From an uncultured archaeon (GTDB taxonomy: Archaea; Nanobdellota; Nanobdellia; Pacearchaeales; GW2011-AR1), in assembly GCA_963845205.1 (NCBI GenBank), contig CAWJRC010000004.1, positions 185,724 through 249,723 of the forward strand: a DNA stretch of 64,000 nt, written 5' to 3'. Below, piece after piece: positions 1-9,341 of this stretch. The stretch's first letter is position 1. Each line of letters starts with the position of its first letter. A model generated the notes under the pieces. It was not told where the DNA came from. It searched no databases and was given only the letters and a program-made list of their open reading frames with translations. The position numbers were made by a program, and so were the translations under genes.

Positions 1-8
1 AAGAAGTT

Positions 9-1259
9 TTGACAAAAGTAAATCCTTCAAAAGAAGAACTAAATTATATTAACAAATTTCTTAAAAATTTTATCGCTGAACTTGAAAAAAAATTAAAGTC
101 AACAAAAATAAATGCGGAAGTTTTTGTGGGAGGAAGTTTTGCAAAAAAAACCCTGATAAAAAAAGATGAATATGACATTGATATATTTGTAAGGTTCGAT
201 GAAAAATACAAAGGAAAAAATATTTCTGAATTAACTGAAAAAGCTATCAAGAAAATGAAGGGAACAGGGAAAATTTCAGTGATACATGGTTCAAGAGATT
301 ATTTCAGAATCAATGAACCTTCTTTTTTTGTTGAAGTTGTGCCTGTAATGAAAGTCAAAAATCCAAAGAATGCAGAGAATATAACCGATCTTTCTTATTT
401 CCATGTTAATTATATACGAAACAAATTAAAGACAGAGAAAATGCTAGAAGATGTGAGGCTTGCTAAAGCATTCTGCCATGCAAATAAATGTTACGGTGCA
501 GAAAGCTACATTAATGGTTTTTCGGGATATGCTATTGAATTGTTGATTTGCTATTATGGAAGTTTTATGAATTTTATCAAAGCAGTCAGTAAGATTAAGG
601 AAAAAGAAATAATTGATATCGAGAAAATTTACAAGAACAAATATGAGATTTCCATGAATCTTAACAGCGCAAAAATGAGTTCTCCAATAGTAATTATCGA
701 CCCGACGTACAAGGAGAGAAATGCGCTTGCTGCGCTTTCTAAAAATACACTTGAAAAGTTCCAGAAGGTGTGCAAAAAATTTCTAGAAAATCCTTCAGAG
801 AAATTTTTTGAGGATGAAAAAGTAAATCTTGATAAGATAAAAGAGGGTGCTAAAAAAAACAAAATGGAATTTGTTCTTTTGAAGGCAAAAACAAACAAAC
901 AGGAAGGAGATGTTGCAGGAAGCAAACTGATAAAATTTTACAGACATCTTGGAGATGAGATAGAAAAATCTTACAAAATAGGCCAGAATGGATTTGAATA
1001 CAATGGTAAAAAGGAATCAAGATCCTTTTTTGTAGTAAAGAACATAGGAGAAGTTCTGATAAGCGGACCAAAGACAGATGATAATAAAAATGTAATTTCT
1101 TTCAAGAAAAAACATAAAAATACTTTCTCTAAAAATGGACATATTTACGCAAAAGAGAAGGTGAATAAAAGCGCCAAGGAATTTTTAAAAAATTGGAAAT
1201 TAAAAAATAAAGAAAAAATTAAGGAGATGGGTATAACCGATTTGGAAATTGGTGATTAA
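9..1259 (+). CDS. cca: CCA-adding enzyme (archaeal class I tRNA nucleotidyltransferase); true 5' end may lie upstream of the window
   Basis: 416-aa ORF with nucleotidyltransferase core GGSFAKKT...DIDIFV and an archaeal CCA-enzyme-like body. The listed start is TTG and the frame stays open to position 3. Confidence 0.8.
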   Translation: MTKVNPSKEELNYINKFLKNFIAELEKKLKSTKINAEVFVGGSFAKKTLIKKDEYDIDIFVRFDEKYKGKNISELTEKAIKKMKGTGKISVIHGSRDYFRINEPSFFVEVVPVMKVKNPKNAENITDLSYFHVNYIRNKLKTEKMLEDVRLAKAFCHANKCYGAESYINGFSGYAIELLICYYGSFMNFIKAVSKIKEKEIIDIEKIYKNKYEISMNLNSAKMSSPIVIIDPTYKERNALAALSKNTLEKFQKVCKKFLENPSEKFFEDEKVNLDKIKEGAKKNKMEFVLLKAKTNKQEGDVAGSKLIKFYRHLGDEIEKSYKIGQNGFEYNGKKESRSFFVVKNIGEVLISGPKTDDNKNVISFKKKHKNTFSKNGHIYAKEKVNKSAKEFLKNWKLKNKEKIKEMGITDLEIGD

Positions 1260-2041
1260 TTTTTTCCGCCGATTGCTTTCTCGAACAGATCTGCAAAAGC
1301 GTTTACAAAAAAGTCTGAGTTAAGCCAGACAGCAATATCTTCATTTTCATTTCTTGCCTTGGATAGATAAAACAGAACTTCTTTTCTGTCAATTATGAAA
1401 AATTTGGCATCAACGTCTATTCTCTTTAGTTTTATTGCAAGTTTTTCTTCAATTTCCTTGATAAGTCTTGCATCTCCTGAAAGAGCAATTTTTATTTTGA
1501 CATTATTTTCTTTAAGGATTTGGAAGGTTTGTGAGAATAGTTTAGATTTTGATTTTATTTCCTCTGCATTTGTGCATATCATTACTTCTTTCTTAGCCTC
1601 ATTTATTATCTCTTTAAGGAAATTAGAGATATTTGACTTTCCCCTCAATGAAGTAGATATTTCTTCTTTTTTTATCGGATTTATTCCTTCTTTATACAAT
1701 TCTTCAAGTTTTACAAATTCTTCTGTATCTTTTAATTTGGATAAATTATCTACTTTTTCCTCTGCCCCCCTTCTTATGTCTGCTTTTATTCTTTCAAGGA
1801 TTATCTGAGGCTTCACTCCCAGATATTTAACCGGCTTACCCATCCTTATTATTGCAAATCCCTTTTTCTCCAAAGATTCAAGAACATCGTATGTTCTGCT
1901 TCTTGGAACTCTTGATATTGCGGCGACTTCTCCTACAGAGGCAACACCTTTGCTAAGCAAAGCTAGCCAAACCTTGGTTTCATAAAGATTAAGGTCAAAA
2001 TGATCCTTGATTCTTCCTACTAATTCCTGCGCTAGTATCAT
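1256..2041 (-). CDS. TrmB-family winged-helix transcriptional regulator
   Basis: N-terminus LNLYETKVWLALLSKGVASVGEVAAISRVPRSRTYDVLESLEKKGF is a typical TrmB HTH. A C-terminal effector-like domain follows. Confidence 0.75.
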   Translation of the reverse strand: MILAQELVGRIKDHFDLNLYETKVWLALLSKGVASVGEVAAISRVPRSRTYDVLESLEKKGFAIIRMGKPVKYLGVKPQIILERIKADIRRGAEEKVDNLSKLKDTEEFVKLEELYKEGINPIKKEEISTSLRGKSNISNFLKEIINEAKKEVMICTNAEEIKSKSKLFSQTFQILKENNVKIKIALSGDARLIKEIEEKLAIKLKRIDVDAKFFIIDRKEVLFYLSKARNENEDIAVWLNSDFFVNAFADLFEKAIGGKN

Positions 2042-2361
2042 TTTCTATTAAATATATTTAATTCGTTGAAATGAGGTTTTCTATTAAAAACATTTAACTC
2101 ATAGAATAGACTATCAAGAATTTTTGCACTTTTAGGAATAGTACCTTGTATTGATGCTCCATATAATCTACAATAAATTTTCCTTAATCTATCAAGATTT
2201 TTTTCGGGAATTGGAATAGATTTTTTTGAATAATTCTTTACAAAATAATTTGTTAATCTATTGTATCTTTCTAAATCTCTTTTATTCAAATTTAGATCAT
2301 AGACTTCTACTCTATCTTGCATAGTTCTTTCGGTTCTTGCTGTTCTAAGTTGTTTTCTCAT
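2038..2361 (-). CDS. hypothetical protein, translationally coupled (ATGA) to the TrmB-like gene
   Basis: 107-aa ORF whose stop overlaps the downstream ATG. The C-terminus carries a duplicated ELN[VI]FNRK peptide encoded by a 36-bp tandem repeat. Confidence 0.45.
   Translation of the reverse strand: MRKQLRTARTERTMQDRVEVYDLNLNKRDLERYNRLTNYFVKNYSKKSIPIPEKNLDRLRKIYCRLYGASIQGTIPKSAKILDSLFYELNVFNRKPHFNELNIFNRK
2041..2102. repeat. two copies of a 26-bp unit at 36-bp spacing (TTTTCTATTAAA..TTTAA.TC)
   Basis: 2041-2066 and 2077-2102 match at 22 of 26 positions. The repeat lies at the 3' end of the 107-aa ORF, directly upstream of the trmB-like ATG. Confidence 0.8.
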
Positions 2362-2416
2362 AAAAGGCCATAGAAGAATTCGTTTATAAATCTTATGTAT
2401 TGTTGTTACTTGTTAA

Positions 2417-3385
2417 TTATAACAAATAGCTCAAAATCATCCCAAACAATATTCCTGCTGTTATGAACGGCATTGCAGGATAGAATTTCTTTTTCTCCGA
2501 AAACAGGAATAATAAAGCCAAACCAAGAGTTGCTCCTGCTATTACAAATATAGCCGGAATCAATCCGCCCATAAAGACAAATGAGGGCAACAATCCGAAA
2601 GGAAGGCTTATTGAAGTCGTAGTAAAAACGACTCCTGCAGTAATTATCGGAAAGACTACATCCCCTCCTCCAAGAATTGCAAGATTGACCTTTATTTTTT
2701 TATTTTTCCGCTTTGATTTCTTCATTTTCTTTAATTTTTTTCTTAATTCTTTTGAAATGTAAGGAATGAAAAAACCAGAGAATATCTTCAAGTTATTTAT
2801 CTGATATTTAGCCATTTTCTGCATGATTCCCGAGTGCCAGACAGCCCACATATCATATACAGAAATTAATAAAAGAAGAATTATAGCAGACCATACATTA
2901 AGTATAGGCACAAATAACGTAGCAATTCCCGGATAAATTAAAAGTTCGGTCAGATTATGTATCAGGAAATTTCTTCTGAAAATTTTTATGAAAGCCAGTC
3001 CAACTGCTAAGATTAATGCGGGAATTGCATAATAGACATCTTTGGGAAAAATTGCAGTCAGAGTTATAAACAACGCGATTATTACAACTACAAAAAACCA
3101 GATCTTCAAGATAACATCAACTTTGAATCTTGTCAGCAGGAATAAAATGAAAATTGCAAGGATAAATGCAAAGATAATAGAACCAAGAAAAGTTCCAAAA
3201 TCAGATTCGCTTTGAGCGACAGGAGGCTGAATCCATGAAAGAGTTGGATTTGAAACATTCTGAACTGTCCCGTTAACTACTGCAGTTATATAGAATGGAT
3301 TTGAATTTATGACGTACAGCCCAATAAACTGGGTAACTATAAACATTGACAATAAGATCAGTGTTATCTTAAAATTGTGTTTCAT
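2417..3385 (-). CDS. presenilin / signal-peptide-peptidase-like GxGD intramembrane aspartyl protease
   Basis: Polytopic 322-aa protein with a YD motif (SVYDMWAV), a GxGD motif (LGGGDVVFP) and a PAL-like motif (IPAIF). Confidence 0.7.
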   Translation of the reverse strand: MKHNFKITLILLSMFIVTQFIGLYVINSNPFYITAVVNGTVQNVSNPTLSWIQPPVAQSESDFGTFLGSIIFAFILAIFILFLLTRFKVDVILKIWFFVVVIIALFITLTAIFPKDVYYAIPALILAVGLAFIKIFRRNFLIHNLTELLIYPGIATLFVPILNVWSAIILLLLISVYDMWAVWHSGIMQKMAKYQINNLKIFSGFFIPYISKELRKKLKKMKKSKRKNKKIKVNLAILGGGDVVFPIITAGVVFTTTSISLPFGLLPSFVFMGGLIPAIFVIAGATLGLALLFLFSEKKKFYPAMPFITAGILFGMILSYLL

Positions 3386-3427
3386 ATTCCTCTTCCTGTT
3401 TATAATAAACTGAAAATGGTTTTTAAA

Positions 3428-5311
3428 TTATCTCAATCTTAAAGTTTCCAAGGTTCTCGGAACATTCGTTTCAACCCTGTTAAGCTTGTAAAGTGCAGAA
3501 GCCAAGTCAAGAGATTTTGAAACTTCCCCATGATTAATGATTATTCTTTTTGATTTTGGACGCATGTTATTGAAAAAAGAAATCAGCTCGTTTCTTCCTG
3601 CGTGCGCACTGAAGCCAGTAATTGTTTCAACCTGCATTTCAATTTTTACTACTTCTTCTTTTCCTTCTACAATCATTCTTGTATCCTTTATTCCATCCTG
3701 AACCTGACGCCCAAGAGAGCCGACTCCCTGATAACAAACAAAGATTATTGAATTATTCTTATTTCCTGCAAATTCCCTGAAATATTCAACTGAAGCTCCG
3801 CCGACTAACATTCCGGAAGTTGCAAGAACAATGCACGGGCCTCCTTCGACTACATTTTTTCTTTCCTGAGGAGAACCAACTCTTACAAAAAATTCTGACA
3901 TGAACGGATTTTTTTCTGCAAAAACATTTGACTTAACCTGACTGCTCAAAAAATCAGGATATGCTGTATGAATTGCATTAATATCCCAAATCATTCCATC
4001 AATATAAATCGGAACCTTCTTCAATTTTCCTGAAGCCATTGCATCTTCAAGAATAAGCATTGTTTCCTGCGCTCTTCCTAACCCCAATTCAGGAATAAGA
4101 ACTTTGCCAGTTCTTTCTATGGTTGTATTTACCAGATCGATAAATTTATCTTCTGTATCTTTTCTCGGAGGGAAAATATCTGTTTTTGCCCCGTAAGTTG
4201 ATTCTGTTATTACGGATTCTACTCTTGGAAAAGAAGCAATTGCAGGATCCAGCAATCTTGAACGGGCATATTTGAAATCCCCTGTATAGAGAAGATTGTG
4301 CAATCCGTTTCCGATATTAAGATGAGACAATGCACCGCCCAATACGTGTCCTGAATTATAGAAAGTTAATCTAACATCCGGAGTTATATCTGTAACCTCG
4401 TTATAGTTCAGGCAAATGCTGTGCTTTACCATTTCTTTTATGTCTGTTGAATCAAACAATGGTTTCGTTGCCTGTTTATACGCAACTCCGATAAAGTCTA
4501 AAGCAAGCAAAGCAGCGATGTCTCTTGTCGGAGCAGTCATATAAACCGGGCCATCATAACCCATTTTATACAAATAAGGAAGAAGCCCGACATGATCAAG
4601 ATGTGCATGGGAAATTATTACAGCATCCAACTGGCTTAAATTAAATTCAGGAACATCCAGATAAGGAAATTTGTCATGCCCCTGAGAAGCAACATCAATA
4701 CCACAATCTAAAAGAATTTTTGAATTGGGTGTCTGCAATAAAAGACAGCTTCTTCCAACCTGCCTTCCTCCCCCTAAGAATGTCAGTCTTACCCATTCAT
4801 CAACTTTTTCAGGATTCCATTCTTTGTAGACTTTTTCTCCGATTGAATTCAAAAATTTTCTTCTATAATTGTTATTTGCGTAAAGAACTTCTCTTATATT
4901 ATCTGTAATTTTACTTTTTATTGAAGGAGAACGCTGAACCTGTGGTGTCCATAAAGTTGTATTCCTAATCTCGTTAAGAATACTTCCCATCTTACCTATA
5001 ACCATTCCTGGTCTTTTGGCTTCTATGATGACTATGCTTCTCTGAACCTCAAAAATCAGGTCTGTAATTTCGGCCTCTTCAGGAACAATTTTTCTTATTT
5101 CTGCGTCTGTTTTTTCCTGCTTTGTAAGGATTTTTTCATCAGCGCGAAGTTCGATTCTTTTTTTAACTTTATCAACAATTTCTTTTATTTTTGATTCTCC
5201 TTCTTTGAAGAATTTTTCATTATCTGTGTAAAGAACGATGTTTGCTCCTTCGAAGGTTGCATCAGTTATACTTTCATGTAACTGGTCTTTTATATTTTTC
5301 AAGATATCCAT
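3428..5311 (-). CDS. aCPSF1 (KH domains + metallo-beta-lactamase + beta-CASP ribonuclease)
   Basis: 627 aa with an N-terminal KH region, HAHLDHVG motif and beta-CASP body. Length is typical of archaeal CPSF1. Confidence 0.9.
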   Translation of the reverse strand: MDILKNIKDQLHESITDATFEGANIVLYTDNEKFFKEGESKIKEIVDKVKKRIELRADEKILTKQEKTDAEIRKIVPEEAEITDLIFEVQRSIVIIEAKRPGMVIGKMGSILNEIRNTTLWTPQVQRSPSIKSKITDNIREVLYANNNYRRKFLNSIGEKVYKEWNPEKVDEWVRLTFLGGGRQVGRSCLLLQTPNSKILLDCGIDVASQGHDKFPYLDVPEFNLSQLDAVIISHAHLDHVGLLPYLYKMGYDGPVYMTAPTRDIAALLALDFIGVAYKQATKPLFDSTDIKEMVKHSICLNYNEVTDITPDVRLTFYNSGHVLGGALSHLNIGNGLHNLLYTGDFKYARSRLLDPAIASFPRVESVITESTYGAKTDIFPPRKDTEDKFIDLVNTTIERTGKVLIPELGLGRAQETMLILEDAMASGKLKKVPIYIDGMIWDINAIHTAYPDFLSSQVKSNVFAEKNPFMSEFFVRVGSPQERKNVVEGGPCIVLATSGMLVGGASVEYFREFAGNKNNSIIFVCYQGVGSLGRQVQDGIKDTRMIVEGKEEVVKIEMQVETITGFSAHAGRNELISFFNNMRPKSKRIIINHGEVSKSLDLASALYKLNRVETNVPRTLETLRLR

Positions 5312-5334
5312 TTTGTTTTAAAAATAAAATAAGT

Positions 5335-6006
5335 TTAATCCTCTTTAAAGGAAGGTTGAATCCCTTGAGACACCACTTTTTTAATTCCTTTAGAAGTAAT
5401 TGTAAAAACGTCTATACCGAAACCGCTTCCGATATCCCTCTGAGTTGAAGACTTTACACATTCTGTAGCCAGCTTTATTCCCTCTTCAACAGACATTCCT
5501 TTTTTATACTGCCTTTCCAATAAACCAAGAACATAAGGCATTCCAGAGCCGAAGTTTGCATCATAATCTTCTACTTTTACAACACTTCCTGCTGGTTCGA
5601 TTGAATATAATTCTGTTGCTCCGTCTTCGTCAAAACCCCCAAGCAAAAATCCTGCCTGCATTGGAATCATTGAAGGCTGCCTTATTCCTGAATAAAGAAT
5701 ATTTGCCATTAAATTTGCTGCCTGTTTAACAGAAGGGCGTGTTCTGGATTTTAATTCTTTTAATTTTAATTCTGCCGGAAGCACTTTTTCTATTCTGTGA
5801 ATGTCTGAAACCATTCCTGTCCCTGAGATCATCAGGTAATCATTTATCTTTTTAGTTTTCTCAGAATTTTTGTTCATGACTATATTCCCTGCGGTGCTTT
5901 GCCTGTCAGAAGCCATTACAATTCCATCTTTGCAGACAATTCCAACTATAGTTGTTCCTGATTTCAGTATTGAATTTTTTAATTCAGTATCCATGTTAAT
6001 ATTCAT
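5335..6006 (-). CDS. psmB: proteasome beta subunit
   Basis: Propeptide followed by GTTIVGIVCKDGIVMASD, which contains the N-terminal Thr nucleophile. Confidence 0.9.
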   Translation of the reverse strand: MNINMDTELKNSILKSGTTIVGIVCKDGIVMASDRQSTAGNIVMNKNSEKTKKINDYLMISGTGMVSDIHRIEKVLPAELKLKELKSRTRPSVKQAANLMANILYSGIRQPSMIPMQAGFLLGGFDEDGATELYSIEPAGSVVKVEDYDANFGSGMPYVLGLLERQYKKGMSVEEGIKLATECVKSSTQRDIGSGFGIDVFTITSKGIKKVVSQGIQPSFKED

Positions 6007-6051
6007 AGAATAATTTCCTTATATTTCAGCAGTAAGGGGGGTTTATAAATT

Positions 6052-8106
6052 TTACGAAGAGGCTTCAACTTTTGTGATTCCGTTCTCTTTCTTAAAGCGT
6101 ATAACATTTTCAACGAAACCTTCAATCTTCTGCTCATGGGAAACAATGATAAGCTGTTTTATGTTTAGCTGCTGCAGAATATCCCTCATCTTATCCAGCT
6201 GCTGTTCGCTGAACCCGTCTGTCGGCTCGTCAAGAATTACCAGATCTCTTGTCTTTATTTTGCTCATCAGTGAGTTAATAACCTGATTAAGTGCGAGACG
6301 ATATGCAAGGGCAATCGCTGTCCTTTCTCCCCCTGACAGATAAGCATATTCAATTTCATAATCGCTCTGCTCAACTACTGGAGTGAAATCGTCGCTCAAT
6401 TTAACATTGAAAGTATCCGAGACAAGCATGTAAAACCATTCTGCAAAAAGTTTTGAAAATTCTGTCTTAAGCTTTATCATAACATTCTTCTCTATAAAAG
6501 AAATAAGAGTGGTAAACTGTTTTGAAAGCCAGTTTTCAAGTTCAGTTATGTAATTTAATTCAAGCTTTATTTTTTCTGTCCTTTCTATTTCTTTTTTCAG
6601 TTCTTCAATCTGCCTTGAAAAAACTTCTATTTCTTTTTTCAGTTCTGCAACTTTTATGTCAGCAAACCTTTCCTGCTTCAGAGCTTCATCAAGTTCTTTC
6701 TGTTTTGCATCAAAAAGGTTTCCAAATCTTACAAGGCTTAAAACAGAATTAGTAAGCAGGTCTATATGCTGCTTCAGGATTTCTACATCTTTCTCAAGGA
6801 GGATATTCAATTTTTCTATGTTCTGAATCTGAATTTTTTTCTCGTTAATATCCTGCAGCTTCATCTTCATGATTTTCAAATCTGTCAACTGATGTTCAGA
6901 TGAAGAAATTTCTTCTTCTATCTTTCTCAATTTTTCATTGACATCTTTTCTCTGAACTTCAAGTTCCTTCAACTGCTTATTCGCTTCGACATTATCTTCA
7001 TTAATTTTGTTCAGAACATTTGCCTTGTAAACAGCATCGACATTCTGCAAGCATGTCGGACAGATTTCAAGACTGGAGATTTTCTTCTCAATTTTTTTGC
7101 TATCATCTATTTTTAATAAAAGGGAATTCATTTTAGAACTTGTCTCGAGATTTATCCTGTTAAGTTTTTCTTTTTCAATTTTATTTATTGAAATAGCCTG
7201 CTCAAGATGCTTTATTTCTGATTCATCAAATTTTATCTTCTGAAGTTCTTCAATCTGGCTTTTTATCTGGGAAATAGTTTTATTGTTAGAAAAAATCGTG
7301 TCATTCTTTGTTATGATCATAATTTTTGTCTTTTCTGTTTCGCTCTGAAGTTTATTTTTCTCTTCGATTTTTTTTGAATATTCCTCTTTCTCTTCCTGAA
7401 TTTTTTTTCTTATTTCGGTCTTCTCAAACAATTCTTTCTGAATAGAAAAAAGATTAAGCTGTTTTTCCTCGAGTTCATTTTCCTTTGAAAGCAGATTGTA
7501 TTTAACCTGTTCAAGATTTGAGGTCATCCCTTCTTTTGATCTCTTTTCTTCCCTTAGTTTAGCAGTGAGGACAGCAATATTTTCAAGAATTGTCTTGTAT
7601 TTGTCAATCCCAAAAACATGCCTTAATGTGTTAATTCTCGTATCGGAATCTTCAAGGATTATCTGCTTCATCTCTTCCTGGGGGGTATATACTGTAAAAG
7701 TATAAAGCAAATTCTGCTTTTTTGCAAATTCGGAAGGATACCCCAAGAGTTCAAGAATTTTTCCTTTCAGTTCTGTGACAGACAATTCTCTTCTTTCATT
7801 GTTAACAGATATAGAACAGTAATCCTGAGAAATTGTCTTGCTTTTTTTCAAAGTTCTTTCTATTATTATCTCGTCTCCATCGATGTCAAATATTATTTTC
7901 ACTCCTCCGTCTTTTTTTCCATTTCTTAACAATGCAGAACCTCGCTGGCCGGGCTGCAATCCGAATAATGCAAATTCAATCGCAAGAAGAACTGAAGTTT
8001 TTCCCGAGCCGATGTCTCCTGAAAGGAGAGTTGAACCTTCTGTAAAATTTATTTCCTGATGCTCGTAACTCCTTATATTGTCCAAAATTATCTGTTTTAT
8101 TTTCAT
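6052..8106 (-). CDS. rad50: Rad50 ATPase (short coiled-coil version)
   Basis: Walker A GDIGSGKTS, CPTC zinc hook in the middle of a KE-rich coiled coil, signature LSGGERTAIALA, Walker B LVILDEPT. It sits immediately downstream of mre11. Confidence 0.9.
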   Translation of the reverse strand: MKIKQIILDNIRSYEHQEINFTEGSTLLSGDIGSGKTSVLLAIEFALFGLQPGQRGSALLRNGKKDGGVKIIFDIDGDEIIIERTLKKSKTISQDYCSISVNNERRELSVTELKGKILELLGYPSEFAKKQNLLYTFTVYTPQEEMKQIILEDSDTRINTLRHVFGIDKYKTILENIAVLTAKLREEKRSKEGMTSNLEQVKYNLLSKENELEEKQLNLFSIQKELFEKTEIRKKIQEEKEEYSKKIEEKNKLQSETEKTKIMIITKNDTIFSNNKTISQIKSQIEELQKIKFDESEIKHLEQAISINKIEKEKLNRINLETSSKMNSLLLKIDDSKKIEKKISSLEICPTCLQNVDAVYKANVLNKINEDNVEANKQLKELEVQRKDVNEKLRKIEEEISSSEHQLTDLKIMKMKLQDINEKKIQIQNIEKLNILLEKDVEILKQHIDLLTNSVLSLVRFGNLFDAKQKELDEALKQERFADIKVAELKKEIEVFSRQIEELKKEIERTEKIKLELNYITELENWLSKQFTTLISFIEKNVMIKLKTEFSKLFAEWFYMLVSDTFNVKLSDDFTPVVEQSDYEIEYAYLSGGERTAIALAYRLALNQVINSLMSKIKTRDLVILDEPTDGFSEQQLDKMRDILQQLNIKQLIIVSHEQKIEGFVENVIRFKKENGITKVEASS

Positions 8107-8107
8107 T

Positions 8108-9268
8108 TTAAAATTTCAAAATCCTTTGGGCTTCCTCCACAAGCCGGTTTGTAAAACTTTCAATTTTTTCACCTTCCTGTTTTTCTATTGAAAGGGAATG
8201 AATCAGCTGGGGGATAAATCTGTTAAAGTCCACGGGATTCTGCTGAGAATAAATATTGATCGTTTCCTCTTCGATATTGTCTATATTTTTTATTTCTATA
8301 GAACCCATTTCTATATCTTTTGTTTTCAGTTCATGTGTATTCTTCAAAAGGAAATATGCTTTTTTTCTCAATGCAAGCTCTTCTATCTGGCTAAATTTAA
8401 TATCCGAATTGCTGCCTGATTCAAGTTCCCCTTTTATTCTAAGAAGAATTATTTTATCTTCGACGTCTCTCTTTTCAATTTCGGAAAGAATCTGCTCGGT
8501 TGCGCTGACAGCACTTTTTATTTCAACTTCAATCAAAACAGTTTCTTTTAATTTAAGCTCAATTTTCTGAAGAGAGTTTCCCAATTCGGTATTTACAATG
8601 TAAAAACTTCCGTTCTGCAAATCTTCTAACTCCTGAAAGTTGTTCGGAAAAATAGGACCAGGGTAGACAAAATTCTGATATTGAAAGTCCATATGAAGAT
8701 GACCAAGCGCATAATAATCTGCTTTAGGAAGAAGTTCTGTTTCAAGCGAATCTACAGGCAGAGTTCCTTTTGCCTTGTCAATTGTGGTGTGAAGCATAAG
8801 AATTTTGAACAAGCCCGGACAGTCATTAAATTTTATTCTTCTCAGATCAGGAATTTCCAAACCAGATTTTTTTCCAGGATAACCATAAATTGCAACGCCA
8901 TTATATATTACGGGATTGAGGATAATATTCTCTTTTGTTTCCTCTATATTAGAAACATTTTTGCAGAATCCTGCTTTTTCCAGAACATCCAGAAAAGTTT
9001 TTCCTGAAACAGAATAATCATGGGAACCTGCAATTATGAAACACGGAATTTTTGCCTCTTTCAATCTTTTAAATTCCCCAAATGCGTCCCTTAAGATTTC
9101 TATCGGAGGATATGCAGAGTCAAACAAATCTCCTGCAATCAGAACAAAATCCAGTTTTTTGTCTATGCAGGTATCAATAGCTTTTTCAAATGACTTAAAA
9201 TTCAGATCCTGCAGGGGTTTTTGCTTCCAGCCTCCCAAATGAACATCAGAAATGTGTGCAAATCTCAT
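8108..9268 (-). CDS. mre11: Mre11 nuclease (calcineurin-like phosphoesterase)
   Basis: MRFAHISDVHLG, GDLFD, GSHD and GHLH phosphoesterase motifs. The stop lies 1 nt before the rad50 start. Confidence 0.9.
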   Translation of the reverse strand: MRFAHISDVHLGGWKQKPLQDLNFKSFEKAIDTCIDKKLDFVLIAGDLFDSAYPPIEILRDAFGEFKRLKEAKIPCFIIAGSHDYSVSGKTFLDVLEKAGFCKNVSNIEETKENIILNPVIYNGVAIYGYPGKKSGLEIPDLRRIKFNDCPGLFKILMLHTTIDKAKGTLPVDSLETELLPKADYYALGHLHMDFQYQNFVYPGPIFPNNFQELEDLQNGSFYIVNTELGNSLQKIELKLKETVLIEVEIKSAVSATEQILSEIEKRDVEDKIILLRIKGELESGSNSDIKFSQIEELALRKKAYFLLKNTHELKTKDIEMGSIEIKNIDNIEEETINIYSQQNPVDFNRFIPQLIHSLSIEKQEGEKIESFTNRLVEEAQRILKF

Positions 9269-9341
9269 TCTCTTTTAATTTTGTTCCTCCTAAAAAAGTT
9301 TATATAGACGAATATATAAAATTGATTGTGATTAAGTTAAA

